Below, one piece after another: positions 28,136-46,428 of a DNA stretch of 64,000 nt (its first letter is position 1; every line of letters starts with the position of its first letter). The stretch lies in the NCBI GenBank assembly GCA_951406725.2, contig OX597831.1, positions 32,922,001-32,986,000 on the forward strand. Reading direction: 5' to 3'. The translations under genes were made by a program, and so were the position numbers. The notes under the pieces are model-generated. The model was not told the origin of the DNA. It did no database searches and saw only the letters and a list, made by a program, of their open reading frames with translations. The stretch comes from Octopus vulgaris (lineage: Eukaryota).

Positions 28136-28440
28136 AAGAATACGGCTGGAATTATCAGGGATAATAACAATAACAGCGAGATATGTACAAGGTACGGCAA
28201 AAACCTATTCTCCTATTCACTATTATTGATATATTTTTCAATAACAATCGCATAAAGCAAGGAGTTTGTCATAATTTTGACTAAGAAGAAAACAGCAAAA
28301 GTGTAACTACAAGTTGATATATCTACCGTTTGATTACCTTTAGTAGCACTACATAAATGGCCATATAAAATATGGGAGGTATTTCTGCTGCAGCTTGTAA
28401 AATAATTTTGTGAAAACAGTAACCATCCTGTTTACTACAG

Positions 28441-28521
28441 AGGTATATCATACGCTGTCCTGGTTTTGGTTCTTAGAGAGATACTGCGCTTTACTGGCGT
28501 CTCGTGTGACACTGAAAAAAG
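28441..28521 (+). other. Candidate 81-nt exon
   Basis: CCTGTTTACTACAG acceptor and AAG|GTATGA donor. One open frame reads GISYAVLVLVLREILRFTGVSCDTEK, a hydrophobic, signal-peptide-like stretch. Confidence 0.2.
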
Positions 28522-29016
28522 GTATGAATGTTCCATAATTCTAGCCTTTTCTCTTAAGATCATAATTTTACTCCTTACTCACATTATTTTCTTAAATTTT
28601 GTCTTCGAATCTTTTTTTTTAATGTACCTTCATTTACCCGTCCTCCATCTTGATTTTCACATCTTGCATCTAAAAAGGATATACTAATTTCATATACGAC
28701 TTTATTATATATTGTTAACAAACTTATATTAAACTAGTCTTTATATCTAAAACTGTTTATTACTTAATATTACCAGTTTATATTAATTCAACATTTAACC
28801 TTAAAATATATGTCGAGTTAGAAATATATTCAACAAGAAAACTCCGAATTATTCTAAAGAATTTACATTTATTATAAACTAATTTCTTATCCCGGAGAAC
28901 CAAAACTTTTTCTCTTGGAATTCCGGAAGTTCCTAACGAGTGGCGGATTAAGTAAATTCTATGCCACTGAATTAAGGATTTGCTGCTCCCAGTATAGATA
29001 GATATACTGCATATAG

Positions 29017-29047
<31 letters not shown>

Positions 29048-29679
29048 TGTATGTATGTATGTATGGATGTATGTATGTGTATGCATGTATGTATGGGTGG
29101 ATGGATGAATGTGTATGTATGTATGGATGAATGGATGGATGGATGAATGGATGTATGGATGGATGGATGTGTGTATGTATGTATGTATGGATGTGTGTGT
29201 ATGTATGTATGGATATGTGTATGTACGTATAGATGTTTGTCTGTTTGTATGTATGTATGTATGTATGTATGTATGTATGTATGTACGCATGCATAGATAT
29301 ATGTATGCATGTATGCATGTATATGTGTGTGTGGGTGTCTTTGCATGTATAGTATAGTATAGAACAGAATGTTCTATGCATTTGTGTATATACCTGTACA
29401 GGTATAACATCCATTTTCCGGAAAGTTTCATTCAAAAGCCTTTCCGGGTAATTGATTTTTCCGAACCAGGTGTACTCACCTTGGTCACCATACTCTCAAT
29501 TAATCAAGGATTAAATTTACTTAATTAACTAAATTAAATACAGCTACCTGTACATTACGATCAACTGATGCGGATTATGAGAGGTTCCGCATCCTCAGCA
29601 TCCGGAAAGTGGGTAATGTACCAATGCTTAAACACGAATACGCTTACATATAAACACCCGTCAGTTTTTCTTCCAATCC

Positions 29680-30770
<1,091 letters not shown>

Positions 30771-31549
30771 AAGAATTTTTTAATTGGTGTTTACGTTAGC
30801 ATCTTTTAAAACCTATGGGACAGGATCTCACTCTGTATCTGTCTGCCTGTCTCTTTTTCTGCTCCCTTTATCGCTAAATCTAATGAGAACCCCTAAATTA
30901 ATTACAATCCTTTTGGATCCCTGGATCTGTAGGGTCCCTCGGGGTGACGAAGATTTAATTAGCTAGCTAGGCGGGGCTTTAGTCTATCACTGGTAACTGC
31001 CTTTCTACCGTACATAAAAATCGAACTTGTTACTGCAAGGCATAAACGTCAATTCCACAGTGTTGCCCCTACCTTTTATTAATCAACAGCCTGAACAAAG
31101 TAGCTAAACCTCCCTCAAATCCTACTGTAATACCTTAAAGGAGGGATTGGCATTGTTGGATTGCCTTTGATCAATAGGATTAAACAACTGTAAGAAAGAA
31201 GTAGCTTTTATGTATTCGCTCGACCTGCGAGAAATGGCGGCCAAATCTCCTTCAAAGAACATTGCCGTATTTTTTTAAAGCGACAACACGAGATGGTCAT
31301 GGCTGGAACGTCTATAGTTATAATAGGCTTGCTTATTCGGGGTTAGAAAACAATAACAACGACTAGTATTTATCAACTTTGAGAAGATACAAAGCAATGG
31401 CAACGTTTGCAAGATTTGAACACACAATCTACAGGTATGTACCAAAAACACCACGTATTATGTCACACACCCGCACGCACCACTACCTTACTCCCTCACC
31501 CCACCACATTCATATACATAATTGTATATATGTGTATATATACATACAC

Positions 31550-31602
<53 letters not shown>

Positions 31603-31829
31603 CTCGTCAATGTATCATATATCCGATAAAGAAGCGTCGATGTGTAAATTATATATATATACGTTTATGTCTGTGTCGACGACTTAGAGGTTCAGCAAGA
31701 AAGACAATATAGAAGAAATATCAGTATTAGGGAGGAGGTTTTGATCGACGAAAATCTTTAAAATGTAGTGTTCCTGCATGGTCGCAGTCCAATGACTGAA
31801 GCAAGCGAAAGAATTAACTATAGATTTTT

Positions 31830-32365
31830 TTTACAGTAAACGGTTAACAGTAACTTTCATCTAATTATGTTGAACAGTTAACATGCCCGAAAGTTCACGT
31901 CTTAAACGGTTAACATGTTAACCATTCCATATATTAACCATTTTATTTGTTAACTATTTTAAAATACTAATTGTTATTATAACCCTGGCAAAGATAATCG
32001 CGATTATAAGTGAGGATATCAATTGGTAATTCAGTGAGGATTTAACATGTTAACTATAATAGTTAGTTATTTAATATGTTAACTATTTAATATGTTAACA
32101 TTTAATATGTTAACATTTAATATGTTAACATATTAAATAGTGAACGCTTACTACTTATTTGATAATAATAATTTAGTGTTTTTCTTTTTTTATATACTTG
32201 TTTCAGTCATTAGACTGCGGCCATGCTGGGGCATCGTCTTGAGGAATTCTTTGGCGAACGAATCGACCCCAGTACTTATTTTGTTTAAGCCCTGTACTCA
32301 TTTTATCGATATTTTGCCGAACCACTAAGTGACAGTTGCTTAAACACACCAACTGTGGCTCACAA

Positions 32366-32414
<49 letters not shown>

Positions 32415-33190
32415 ACAGGCTTCTTTAAGTTTCCGTCTGCCAAATTCACTTACATGGCTTTAGTCGGCCTGGGGCTGTAGGAGAACCCAGGGCCATGTGG
32501 TTAGAAAGCAAATTTCTTATCACATTAAAAAATTACGCGCAATATTTAAGATGTTAACTTTTTAAAATCTTATCTAACCGATATGTTAACCATTTAAAGT
32601 TTTAACTATTCTACATGTTAACCATCGAACATGTTAACCATTTAATATTGGAGTACGTTAACATTTTGAACATTTGTGTATTTCTGTAAATTGAACATCT
32701 ACATTATTAAGTATTTAACATGTTAACTAAGAAGTAACTTAACTACGTGACTTGTTGACGATCTTACATGTTAAAAATTTAACGTGTTAAATATATTAAT
32801 ATATATTAACTATGTTAGTTGTTTCACTGTTACAGAATTTCAGGAGATTAAACACGTAACATGTCAACTACCACATGTTAACTAACTGGCAAGTTAGTGA
32901 TTTAATATGTTAAAGATCTGAATATGTATATCGCTGCCCCATAAACCTTTTAACTAGATAAAACAGTTGGCCTGTAAAACATTTCTCATGTTATCTAGCA
33001 TCTTGGCAATGAAAACGTTAACTATATAGGAATGTAAAAGAGCTGACATGTTTACCATTTAACGTGGTACATGATTATGTTAATTTAATGAGTTCATTAG
33101 TGATCATGATAATTATCTAATATCAAATGCTTAACTGTTAATGTACATTAATTAGTTAACATTAATATCCTGTTTTTCAATATATAAAAC
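31830..33190. repeat. Degenerate AT-rich satellite built on a ~15-bp TTAATATGTTAACAT unit, interrupted by a family A SINE (32195-32525, minus)
   Basis: Clean tandem copies at about 32071-32135 and dozens of dispersed TGTTAAC/AACATGTT motifs. Confidence 0.7.
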
Positions 33191-33676
33191 TCAACTTTTA
33201 AGTTTTATAAGGTCAATATTATACCGATATGAGGCATCGATCTCAGAGGTCTATAGATTTCACCAGCTAACTTTATAATGTGTGTGTGCATCCTTATACA
33301 TACACACGCGCATACACACCCTTACAGACATACATACACGCAGACACGCGTGCGCGCATACACAAACACACAGATACATACATATAGGCATATAATATAT
33401 ATACATATAAATATACATTTACTAATATCTATCTATCGATCTATCAATCTATCAATATATGTATATATATATATGCACACAGACACATACATACATACAT
33501 ACATACATACATAGGTGTGTATGTATATATATATGCATGTATACATATATACATATATATATACATAAATATATATGGATGCATGTTTCTATCTATCTAG
33601 CTATATATATATATATATATGCAGATATGTATGTATGTATGCATGTATGTATGTATGTATGTATGTATGTATGTAT

Positions 33677-33718
<42 letters not shown>

Positions 33719-33903
33719 GTAGAGAGAGAAAGAGAGAGAAAGAGGAGAGAGACAGAAAGAGAGAGAGAAAGACCGAGGTTGGGATTCGAACTAAGAAATT
33801 TTATCATACTAGGATGTGATAAAATATGAGAAGGCAATAAACAATATTAAAAAAAAAAGAATTAATTATTATTTCAATGAATACATAAGCAGAAACATGT
33901 ATG

Positions 33904-34040
<137 letters not shown>

Positions 34041-34463
34041 TATGTATATTCGTATGTAGTTTTCTACAAACTGGATTGTATCCCTCTGCCAACAAGTAGC
34101 TGTATGTCTACTTATTTCCCAATAATCTTTCAATCTGTCCATATAGACAATTACCCAAATATATTTTCAATAAAATGTCGCTTTATCTATCCATTTATCA
34201 CTAACTTTCCCTATATCGCTGTATAAATCTATGTCTTCTGACTGTCTGACTCTCGGTGATTCTTTTCACTTATAAATGCCATACAGCTGTGTTTCCGTTC
34301 ACTACACACACACACACACACACATACAACCCCCTCCACACACAAACACACAATATATATACATATACAAACATAAATGTAATTGTATATTGAAATATAA
34401 GAATACACTATGTATTCAGAGCTAAGCGTGTATCTATGTATCTCTCTCTCTCTCTCTGTCTGC

Positions 34464-34553
<90 letters not shown>

Positions 34554-34581
34554 GTCTATCTATCTATCTATACATAAATAA

Positions 34582-34612
<31 letters not shown>

Positions 34613-34615
34613 CAT

Positions 34616-34825
<210 letters not shown>

Positions 34826-35413
34826 ATATAAACGTATATATATATATATATACATACATACATAACTACAATAATCGTAAGATACATTGTTTTTTTTTTA
34901 AATTGCACTATTATTTCTCTTTTAATGACTTTCTTCTACCTTTGTTTATACTTTATCTAATAAGAATAATATAACATAATACACCTAATAATAATAAGTG
35001 GTCCCTTTGTATGCATATACATATACACATGCATATACAATTAAATATATGTATGTATATTTATAACTTAGCCTTATGAACTTTCCAAACTCAGGACGAA
35101 GCCCTGAGACACACCTAAGAACCTTAATCTTATCTACCAAATACTTCAGTTCACTGAAGGGATAAAGTAGAATGGGGTACTATGGCCTCTTGGCTGAAAC
35201 AGCTGTAAGATACTATCCTACTTTCTATGCTCTACATTATATATTTTATATTTTATATATTATATATGTAAAGCATATGTTATACATGTATGTATATTGT
35301 TATAATTGTCTTTTTAAAAAATTAAATTTGAAGACTACCACCTCTTGATGCCCTCCATTTTCTTATTGCTGTATATATGCGCACATATATATTATTAATG
35401 TTATACTATATTA

Positions 35414-35507
<94 letters not shown>

Positions 35508-35581
35508 TATGTATACATATATATATATATATATACATGCACACTTACATCACTGGAAATTTCAAAGATAATGTATATGGA

Positions 35582-35684
<103 letters not shown>

Positions 35685-35915
35685 ATGTATATGTGTGTGT
35701 GTGTGTGTGTATGTATGTATACATATATGTATATATGTATGCATATATATATTTATTTATTTATGTATATTTATATATATATATATATGACAGAAGCAAA
35801 CACACACACACACACACAAACTCACACATATACAAATGCACATACACGCACGCGCACATACACACATATGTGCACACACATACACATGTGTATATGTACT
35901 AACATGCACATGCAG

Positions 35916-35954
<39 letters not shown>

Positions 35955-36273
35955 GGAGTTAGAAGGCGAGAGGGAGTGAGTCACATTGCAAGTGTATCTG
36001 TCATGCTTGTATGTGTGTGTGTGTCTAAAGTTATAAACATATAAATGAAGCATATATTTGAATAATGGTGTATAATGTTGTGCATGCTTATTAATTGCCA
36101 ATTAGTGTATGTTTATTAATTGGTGAATGAGAAAGTTTCTCGTGTATAAGTAGACATAGAGAATTAAACATAATGCTTATCTAAAACAGCCAGTAAGTCA
36201 CTCATTACATACCTGTGTGCGTGCATGTAGCAGACGTATAGGTATATGTGTGATTGTATGTGTGCTTGTGTGA

Positions 36274-36317
<44 letters not shown>

Positions 36318-36321
<4 letters not shown>

Positions 36322-36470
36322 AGAGTTTACGAAAAAAAAGAAGCCAAAAGACGAAGACAGGTGGTGTACAAAACAAACAGATGTATTAGTATAACGCTCA
36401 GGAATAGAAAAAGTCTTTTACGTTTCGAGCCTACGCTCTTCTACAGAATGGGACACAGAAAAGAAAAAAA
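36318..36470 (-). mobile_element. Family P2 element with hammerhead-like motif (about 36414-36448)
   Basis: Minus strand TT-CTGTAGA-A-GAGCGTAGGCTC-GAAACGTA-AAAGA. Confidence 0.6.
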
Positions 36471-36499
36471 TTACATTATATATATATGTATATATCTAT

Positions 36500-36905
36500 T
36501 CTTTTACTTGTTTTAGTCATTTGACTGCGGCTATGCTAGAGCACTACCTTTAGTCGAGCAAATCGACCCCAGGACTTATTCTTTGTACTTATCGTATCAG
36601 CCTCTTTTGCCAAACGCTAAGTTACGGAGGCGTATACACACCAACATCGGTTATCAAGCGATGGTGTATGTATGGTGGGGAGGAGGACAATCATAGACAC
36701 ACAAACATATATACATACATACATCCATACACACAAACACACACACATATATATTTATACACGATGGGCTTCTTTCAGTTTCCGTCTACCTAATCAACTC
36801 AGAAGGCTTCGGTTGGCCCGAGGCTATAGCAGAAGACACTTGCCCAAGAGGCCTGAGCCCGAAACCATGTGATTGGTAAGCAAGCTACTTACCACACACC
36901 CACTC
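36500..36905 (-). mobile_element. SINE family A, full length
   Basis: Reverse complement of the consensus. Confidence 0.85.
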
Positions 36906-36985
36906 CTATTCATGCACACGCGCGCGCGCGCACACACACACACAAACGACCTAACACACACGCATATATATCATATTCTACATCA

Positions 36986-37079
<94 letters not shown>

Positions 37080-37200
37080 CTCTCTCTATATATATATTGA
37101 TAGATGTGGCAAGACAACAATAGAATGAATGAGACTTCGATATTATGTAAATAGAGGAATTTATCTGTAAATATAATATGTGACAATTGTTCGCTTACCA

Positions 37201-37263
37201 TAATAAAAGTCCGAGTTTCGAATGTCGGGGCTGAAATCTTCCCCGGCATCTCGTCAGTTATTA
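37201..37263 (-). ncRNA. Type I hammerhead ribozyme candidate with canonical core
   Basis: Minus strand TAATAA-CTGACGA-GATGCCGGGG(AAGATTTCAG)CCCCGACATTC-GAAA-CTCGGAC-TT-TTATTA. Stem I is 6/6, stem II has about 9 pairs, stem III is imperfect. Confidence 0.6.
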
Positions 37264-37293
37264 AGACAAACAAAAATGCTATGAAAATGACAG

Positions 37294-37361
<68 letters not shown>

Positions 37362-37366
37362 GTGTA

Positions 37367-37586
37367 CAAGGGGATGGTGAGAAGTTCCTGGTTTTGGGTA
37401 AAAGAAAACACAGGAGGATCAGTAAATTGTGATTTTAATTCAAAATATTCTCCTCTTAGATTCGTACACTTTTTGTAGTGGTCGTTAGTTATTGTAAGCC
37501 CTGTAAAAGAACGCGGAAGGTAGGGCCACCACCCCCCAGGCGGTTCACGATGTTCTTGAAGTCAGGAACATTGCAGCAACCTCTCG
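37367..37586. mobile_element. Tc1/mariner-type MITE
   Basis: TA|CAAGGGGATGGTGAGAAGTTCCTG...CAGGAACATTGCAGCAACCTCTCG|TA imperfect TIRs with a TA duplication. Sister copy at 45379-45592. Confidence 0.75.
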
Positions 37587-37991
37587 TATATATATATATG
37601 AATGTTTCTATCTATAAAGATGTGTGTGTATGTATGTATGTATGTATGTATGTATGGATGGATAGATAGATAGATAAATATATAGATACAAATAATATGT
37701 AAATGTAACTATGGTGTGAGTGTGTGTCTATGTGTGTTTGTGTCTGCGTATGTATTTCCAATTACGTGTGCAGACCACGGGTCTTCATACAAGTTTTCAT
37801 CTACCCGGTTTTGGTGGATGATAAAATGATGATAAAATCGACAAGTTGATGATGGAATGATTCTAGTCCTGGACGTCACAGGTAGAGATTGATCCCAGCG
37901 ACTAGCGCTTGCCAAACAGACATATTAACTATCAGACTATACGTAGTATACAAACTTATAAACACATACTGAAACACATGCGCATGCCTGT

Positions 37992-38059
<68 letters not shown>

Positions 38060-38346
38060 TTAGCTAGCTAGCTAGCTACATTTATATGTATGCCAGTTAT
38101 ACGTATGTATTTATGTATGTATGTATTTATGCATGTATATAGCTATCTATCTATATATCTATTAATCTATCAATCAATACATACATATTTATGCATGTAT
38201 ATATCTATATGAATCCATAATGATATCCGCGGGTCAGCTCATAATGGAGGTATGTTTGGTTGTTTGTATGCCTGTTTTGTATATGTGGAATTGTGTTATA
38301 ACACACCCTTTTGATATATGTTTATATATATATATATATATATATA

Positions 38347-38485
38347 GGGGTGGGGGACAGAATTCATGAAAAAAAAACAACAAAAGACGAAGACAGGTGG
38401 TGTAGAAAACAACCAGATGTATTAGTATAACGCTCGGGAATTGAAAAAATCTTTAACGTTTCGAGCCTACGCTCTTCCACATTTA
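38347..38485 (-). mobile_element. Family P2 element, 5'-truncated within the hammerhead motif
   Basis: Minus strand TGTGGA-A-GAGCGTAGGCTC-GAAACGTT-AAAGA. Confidence 0.6.
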
Positions 38486-38678
38486 GATGTATGTGCGTGT
38501 GTATGTATGTATGTATGTATGTATGTATGTATGTATGTATGTATGTATGTATGTATGTATGTATGTATGTATGTATGTATGAATGGACAGATTGAGAGAT
38601 ACACTGACAGATAGATAGATACAAATAATATGTAAATGTAACTATGTATGTGTGTGTATATATATATGTATATATCCA

Positions 38679-38721
<43 letters not shown>

Positions 38722-38861
38722 GTATTTGTAAAGAATGTAAATATATTATAAATAAGGTAATCCAAAATAATATAATATAACATAAAATGACATATGCATA
38801 TACATATTTCGGGCGTATATATATGCGGTTTCAATTCCTCGACTGGGCGCTGCACTGTAAT

Positions 38862-38950
<89 letters not shown>

Positions 38951-39125
38951 TGTACGCATATACATATACATATTTCTCTACACATAAATATACTTTAGTT
39001 TAGAAAGTTGTATGTATCTTTCTATCTATCAATATATACATACATGCATACTACATACATACAGACATACACACATAAATGCACACACACATACATACAT
39101 ACATACATACATACATACAAACAAA

Positions 39126-39238
39126 CAAAAATATCCTGTTGTTGATGTTCAAATTCCAATGGAGGTGCCTTGGCTCTATGTTAGAAACCGGTTCTCTCTG
39201 TATCGACACGAAATCTTGAAATAAAATTGAACAATGAC
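39126..39238 (+). mobile_element. 3'-terminal fragment of the same R4/Dong-like element, again beside (CATA)n
   Basis: Reverse complement of 20595-20705, ending AAATAAAATTGAACAATGAC. Confidence 0.75.
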
Positions 39239-39500
39239 ACACACACATACATACATATATATTCTACATATGTACGTGCGTATGAATATATATATGTAAA
39301 TAAATAAATAGATATGTATGTATATGTGTATACATCTACATACTATATCTGAATATTTGATACATACAAACACATACACATAAATAAATATACGAATCTG
39401 AATATATATGTACGCATACAGATGATATATACATATGTATATCAGTTCGGTTATATATATATATATATATACATACATACATACATACATATATACATAT

Positions 39501-39634
<134 letters not shown>

Positions 39635-39751
39635 GTATGAATATGTATGTTTATAAGCATAATATTTTTTGCATGTGTGTATATTTATATGCATATATGC
39701 GTGTTTGTATGTGTGTGTATGTATATATATATATATGTGTATGTATGTATG

Positions 39752-39785
<34 letters not shown>

Positions 39786-40057
39786 AATGTCTAAGTGTGA
39801 ACCACATACGACAAGCCACTAATTACCACGGCGTCCATAATTAATTAATTAATTGTACATTCAGTGAAGAGTTTTCAGTTTTCAATCGAAATCGAGCACT
39901 TCCCCACCTCCTTTTCTTCATCGTTCACCCCTCAATCTTTCGCATCATCGCCATTACCACCGCCATCCGCACCACCATCACTGACACTGCCGCCGCCACC
40001 ATCAACATTACCACCCTCAACGCCACCACCAACCATATTCGTCTCCTCGCCATCATC

Positions 40058-40830
<773 letters not shown>

Positions 40831-40868
40831 ATGCGTCTTCTTTTACCTCATATACATACATATACATG

Positions 40869-40916
<48 letters not shown>

Positions 40917-40989
40917 TATGTATATATATTTATACATATTTATATGTATGCATATATATATATATGTGTGTAATTTCATATATGTACAT

Positions 40990-41043
<54 letters not shown>

Positions 41044-41212
41044 ACATATCTATAGCGAGTGTGTGAGAGAGAGAGAGAGAGTGGGAGAGAAAGACAGATA
41101 GAGTAATAGATAAAAGAGAAACGGAGGGACGGAGAGAGAGAGAGTGAGAGTGAGAGACATGATGTTTCGCTTACGTTCTATCTCTCATTCCTCTTACTCT
41201 TTCCCTCCCTCC

Positions 41213-41278
<66 letters not shown>

Positions 41279-41417
41279 ATGTATATAAGTATGTATGCAG
41301 GTATGTATGCATGCGTACATCCGCACGCAAGCTCACACATACACATATATATCGGTGTAAATACGTACATAATACATACATACATAATACATATATATAC
41401 ATATATACATATAATAC

Positions 41418-41468
<51 letters not shown>

Positions 41469-41549
41469 CGCATAATACACACAGATATATACATACATAC
41501 AAACATTTATACATGCATGCATATATATATATACATATATAGATATATA

Positions 41550-42310
41550 CACACATATATTTGTATGTCTACAAACATACAAGCATATATACATATACAT
41601 ATACACATACATATGCACATACATATGCACATACATACACATGCATATACTCATACATGCACATACATATACACATATATACACACACATATATTTGTAT
41701 GTCTACAAACATACAAGCATATATACATATACATATACACATACATATGCACATACATATACACATACACATACATATACACATACATACACATACATAT
41801 ACACATATATACACACACCCATATATTTGTATGTCTGCAAACATACAAGCATATATACATATACATATACACATACACATACATATGCACATACATATAC
41901 ACATACATACACATACATACACATGCATACACATACATATACACATACATATGCACATACATATACACATACATATACACATACATATACATACATATAC
42001 ACATACATACACATGCATATACACATACATACACATACATATGCACATACATATAAACATACAAACACACACATACATATACACATACATATGCACATAC
42101 ATATACACATACATACACATACATATACACATACATATAAACATACATACACACACATACATATACACATACATATACACATACATATGCACATACATAT
42201 GCACATACATATACATATACACATACATATGCACATACATATACACATACATACACATACATACATACACATGCATATACACATACATACATACACATAC
42301 ATATGCACGT
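41550..42310. repeat. Minisatellite (~130-bp unit with ATTTGTATGTCTACAAACATACAAGC) grading into CATACA/CATATA hexamer repeats
   Basis: Unit at about 41560, 41693 and 41826. Confidence 0.85.
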
Positions 42311-42577
42311 TACATATACATACGTACCCGCACAAATATAAAAATATATATCACATAAAACATCTTCATCACTGCATCGTTCGCGTTAGCAAAGCATGCA
42401 GAGAACTCCTCAGCGCTGCAGGATCCGAGTGCCACCATTTTCCATATTGCTCCTTATCTCGCGCCGATGCTTATCTTCTCCTCACTAACAACGATAAAGC
42501 TTCTCTTTAACTGCAAAAGTCCTTACGTACTACTGACTTAGCTTCTTCCTTTGCTTCAATAGTATTGGGCGCTACTG

Positions 42578-42633
<56 letters not shown>

Positions 42634-42812
42634 GCCAAGCGAAATAATTTTAATTACATTACGTCACATGTGTGTGTCTATGTATGTGTGTATGCTTATA
42701 TATATATAATGTCTATATATATATATATATATAGTATACATACACACATACACACGCAGAAATATACCATCACATCTGCATACACACGCGTGCACGCATA
42801 CATACACACCCA

Positions 42813-42843
<31 letters not shown>

Positions 42844-42846
42844 ATA

Positions 42847-42955
<109 letters not shown>

Positions 42956-43043
42956 TATACAAATATACAAATATATGTGCATGTATTTCTGCATGGGTAT
43001 ACATACGCACACACACATATGTATAGATACATGCATGTAGATG

Positions 43044-43076
<33 letters not shown>

Positions 43077-43413
43077 TGATATATATGTATGTGTATACGT
43101 ATAGTTCCATACATACATGCATACATACATATATATACATGCATACATACATACATACATATATATATGTATATATATGTATATATATGGATACATATGG
43201 ATATATACTGCACATGCACACATAGATATATTAATATATATACGTTTATGAATATAAATATGATTTATATGTATAGATACATGAATATATATGTGTGTAT
43301 AACTATAATCACGTAGATATACACATGCAAGCATGTGAATATTTGTGAAGAAATCTATATAAACGTATGTGTGTGTGTGAGTATATATATGTACATATAT
43401 ATATTCATATATA

Positions 43414-43486
<73 letters not shown>

Positions 43487-43798
43487 TTACACACACACAT
43501 ACGCACACACACGTAAATAGGCGTTCGAAAATAAAAAAATAACACTTGCACCCACATACACACACACACTGTAGAAATATAAAATTTATTGATGTATTTG
43601 TCTATATGTAGATGTGTATTTTGAATATGCATGTATATATGTATTTATGTATGTATGTATGTATCTTTGTATGTATATATATATATATGTATATATGCAT
43701 ATGTATATATATGTATTTATATACATGTATAACGAAGTTATAAAATTATCGTAATATATATGTACATGTTTCTATGCGTATATATATATATATGTATG

Positions 43799-43856
<58 letters not shown>

Positions 43857-43913
43857 CACATACATACATATATGCATATAAATAAATATATACAAAATTT
43901 ATACATGGAAATA

Positions 43914-44023
<110 letters not shown>

Positions 44024-44280
44024 CTTTAGTGCGTACTTAAACATATTATGTTTGTGCGTATACATGTATATCCATACATGTACATATATCTGTGTATAGA
44101 CACATATATATACATGAAGTATGTATAACTTCATGTATATATATGTTTGTGTTTCTACGTGTCTAGGTATATAATTTTATATTGTTATAATCATATATAT
44201 TTGTGCATGTGTGTGTTTGTGTGTGTGTGCATGTGTCTGTATGTGTGTGTGTACGTGTGTGTGTGTGTGTGTGTGTGTAC

Positions 44281-44317
<37 letters not shown>

Positions 44318-44468
44318 TCTATAATTGCATTTTCGACATTTTCCTATCTGACAAATATCACAATCTTACTAGCAATGTCATTATTACAGATCTATTTAGT
44401 TAAAAGCGCTCACACGTACGTATGCACGCACTCCCACAACCGAGCACGCACTCCCTCAACCGAGCACG

Positions 44469-44515
<47 letters not shown>

Positions 44516-44654
44516 TGACTCAAACACACGGACATACGTCTTCTCAAACACACATATATATAATGCAGATAATAAATCCCCTTCGTTTAGGCTATGCATA
44601 TATATGTATGTATGTATGTAGGTATGTATGTATGTATGTATATATGTATGTATG

Positions 44655-44686
<32 letters not shown>

Positions 44687-44723
44687 CATTATGTACGTAT
44701 GTATATGCATGTATGCATGTATG

Positions 44724-44780
<57 letters not shown>

Positions 44781-44807
44781 GTCTATATACACACATATGA
44801 CTATATA

Positions 44808-44861
<54 letters not shown>

Positions 44862-45378
44862 CTGTATATAACACTAAACATGAAAGAATTTTATTTTAAA
44901 GTGAATGATAAATCAATCTATTAAAATTGTACATGAAAATGCTGAATAGTATTATATACAAACATACACACACCCACACACAACCCCCCCCACACATATA
45001 TATATCTAATATATATACAATATATATATAATATATATAATATATATTTATATATATAATATATATAACACTATGACACGCTATATTACTTTTATGTTTT
45101 TATACATTTCTAATTGAACTCACATTTGCATCGCATATTTATATGCACACAGACACACACTCCTAATTATAAGCTATAATACAAATATATAACATATATA
45201 TACATATGTATGTATATATATATGCGTCTGTCTGTCTATCTTCCTATCTCTATTATATGTATGTACATTTGTTTATGTAGTACTAAAGGGTTAGTAAGTA
45301 AATGCATAGTCTATATTAATTGTTCATCAGAGTACATATTCCTGTTTAGAATGTACACTTCGCATACGTTTAAATGTA

Positions 45379-45592
45379 CGAAGGAGTGTTGAAATGTCCC
45401 TGGCTTTGGATAAAAGAAAATACAGGAAGATCAGTTAATTATGATTTTATTCAACATTCTTCTCCCAGATTCACACACGTATTACAGCGCTCCTTTAGCT
45501 TTTTTAAGCCGTGTAAAAGAACTCAGAATGCTGGGTCTCCAACCAGTCCGTTCCAGATACTCTTAAAGTCAGGAACGTTTCAGCCACCCCGC
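45379..45592. mobile_element. Tc1/mariner-type MITE, second copy
   Basis: Colinear with 37367-37586. Confidence 0.7.
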
Positions 45593-45730
45593 CCATATAT
45601 ACTTTACAATTAAAAGAGTATAGACGTGTATAGTTTATATAAGTGTATACATAAATAAATACTTACATACATACATACATACATACATACGTACATACGT
45701 ACATACATACATACATACATACACACAAAA

Positions 45731-45812
45731 TTTAGAGGATTGACCACTAAAAGTGGACAGCCTGTATGCTAGATGCTGTGTGCTATCCACTTTTAGTGGT
45801 CAGTCCTCTAAA
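45731..45812. repeat. Hairpin with 31-bp arms and 20-bp spacer
   Basis: TTTAGAGGATTGACCACTAAAAGTGGACAGC / GCTATCCACTTTTAGTGGTCAGTCCTCTAAA. Downstream flank resembles 9390-9500. Confidence 0.85.
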
Positions 45813-45917
45813 ATTCGTATGTAAAAAATTTTTAATCTTCGGATTTTTTAAATATGCTAGGCCACTGGTTTTAATTGATTAATATCAATTTCTATCCTTA
45901 TTTAATTTGAAATATAT

Positions 45918-45966
<49 letters not shown>

Positions 45967-46394
45967 CACATATATATATACTAAACCTACTGTATATTTC
46001 TTTGTATAAATGTATATAATGCATTGTGTATTGTATATATTTAAACAATATATAAATGTATATATACTGACTGTACAGTAGTGTATATAATTATAAAGTG
46101 TAGATGTGTGAACATTATAACTATGTGCATACAGTGTATAGAAATTTGTAATTATAAATCTCATTGTAATTTTTATTTCTGCATTAGTGTGGCGATATAG
46201 TAGAGTGGTTAGTACGCCGAACGAAATACTTAACGGCGTTTTTTCCGGATTTTTGTTATATACATACATACATACATACATACCGGATTTTTGTTATATA
46301 CATACATACATACATACATACATACATACATAAATACATACATACATACATGCATACATACATACATACATACATACATACATACATACATACA

Positions 46395-46428
<34 letters not shown>

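Noticed and set aside
29398-29622. Possible MITE with ~22-bp imperfect inverted ends
   Set aside because: Single copy in the window, degenerate ends and no clear TSD. Not supportable.
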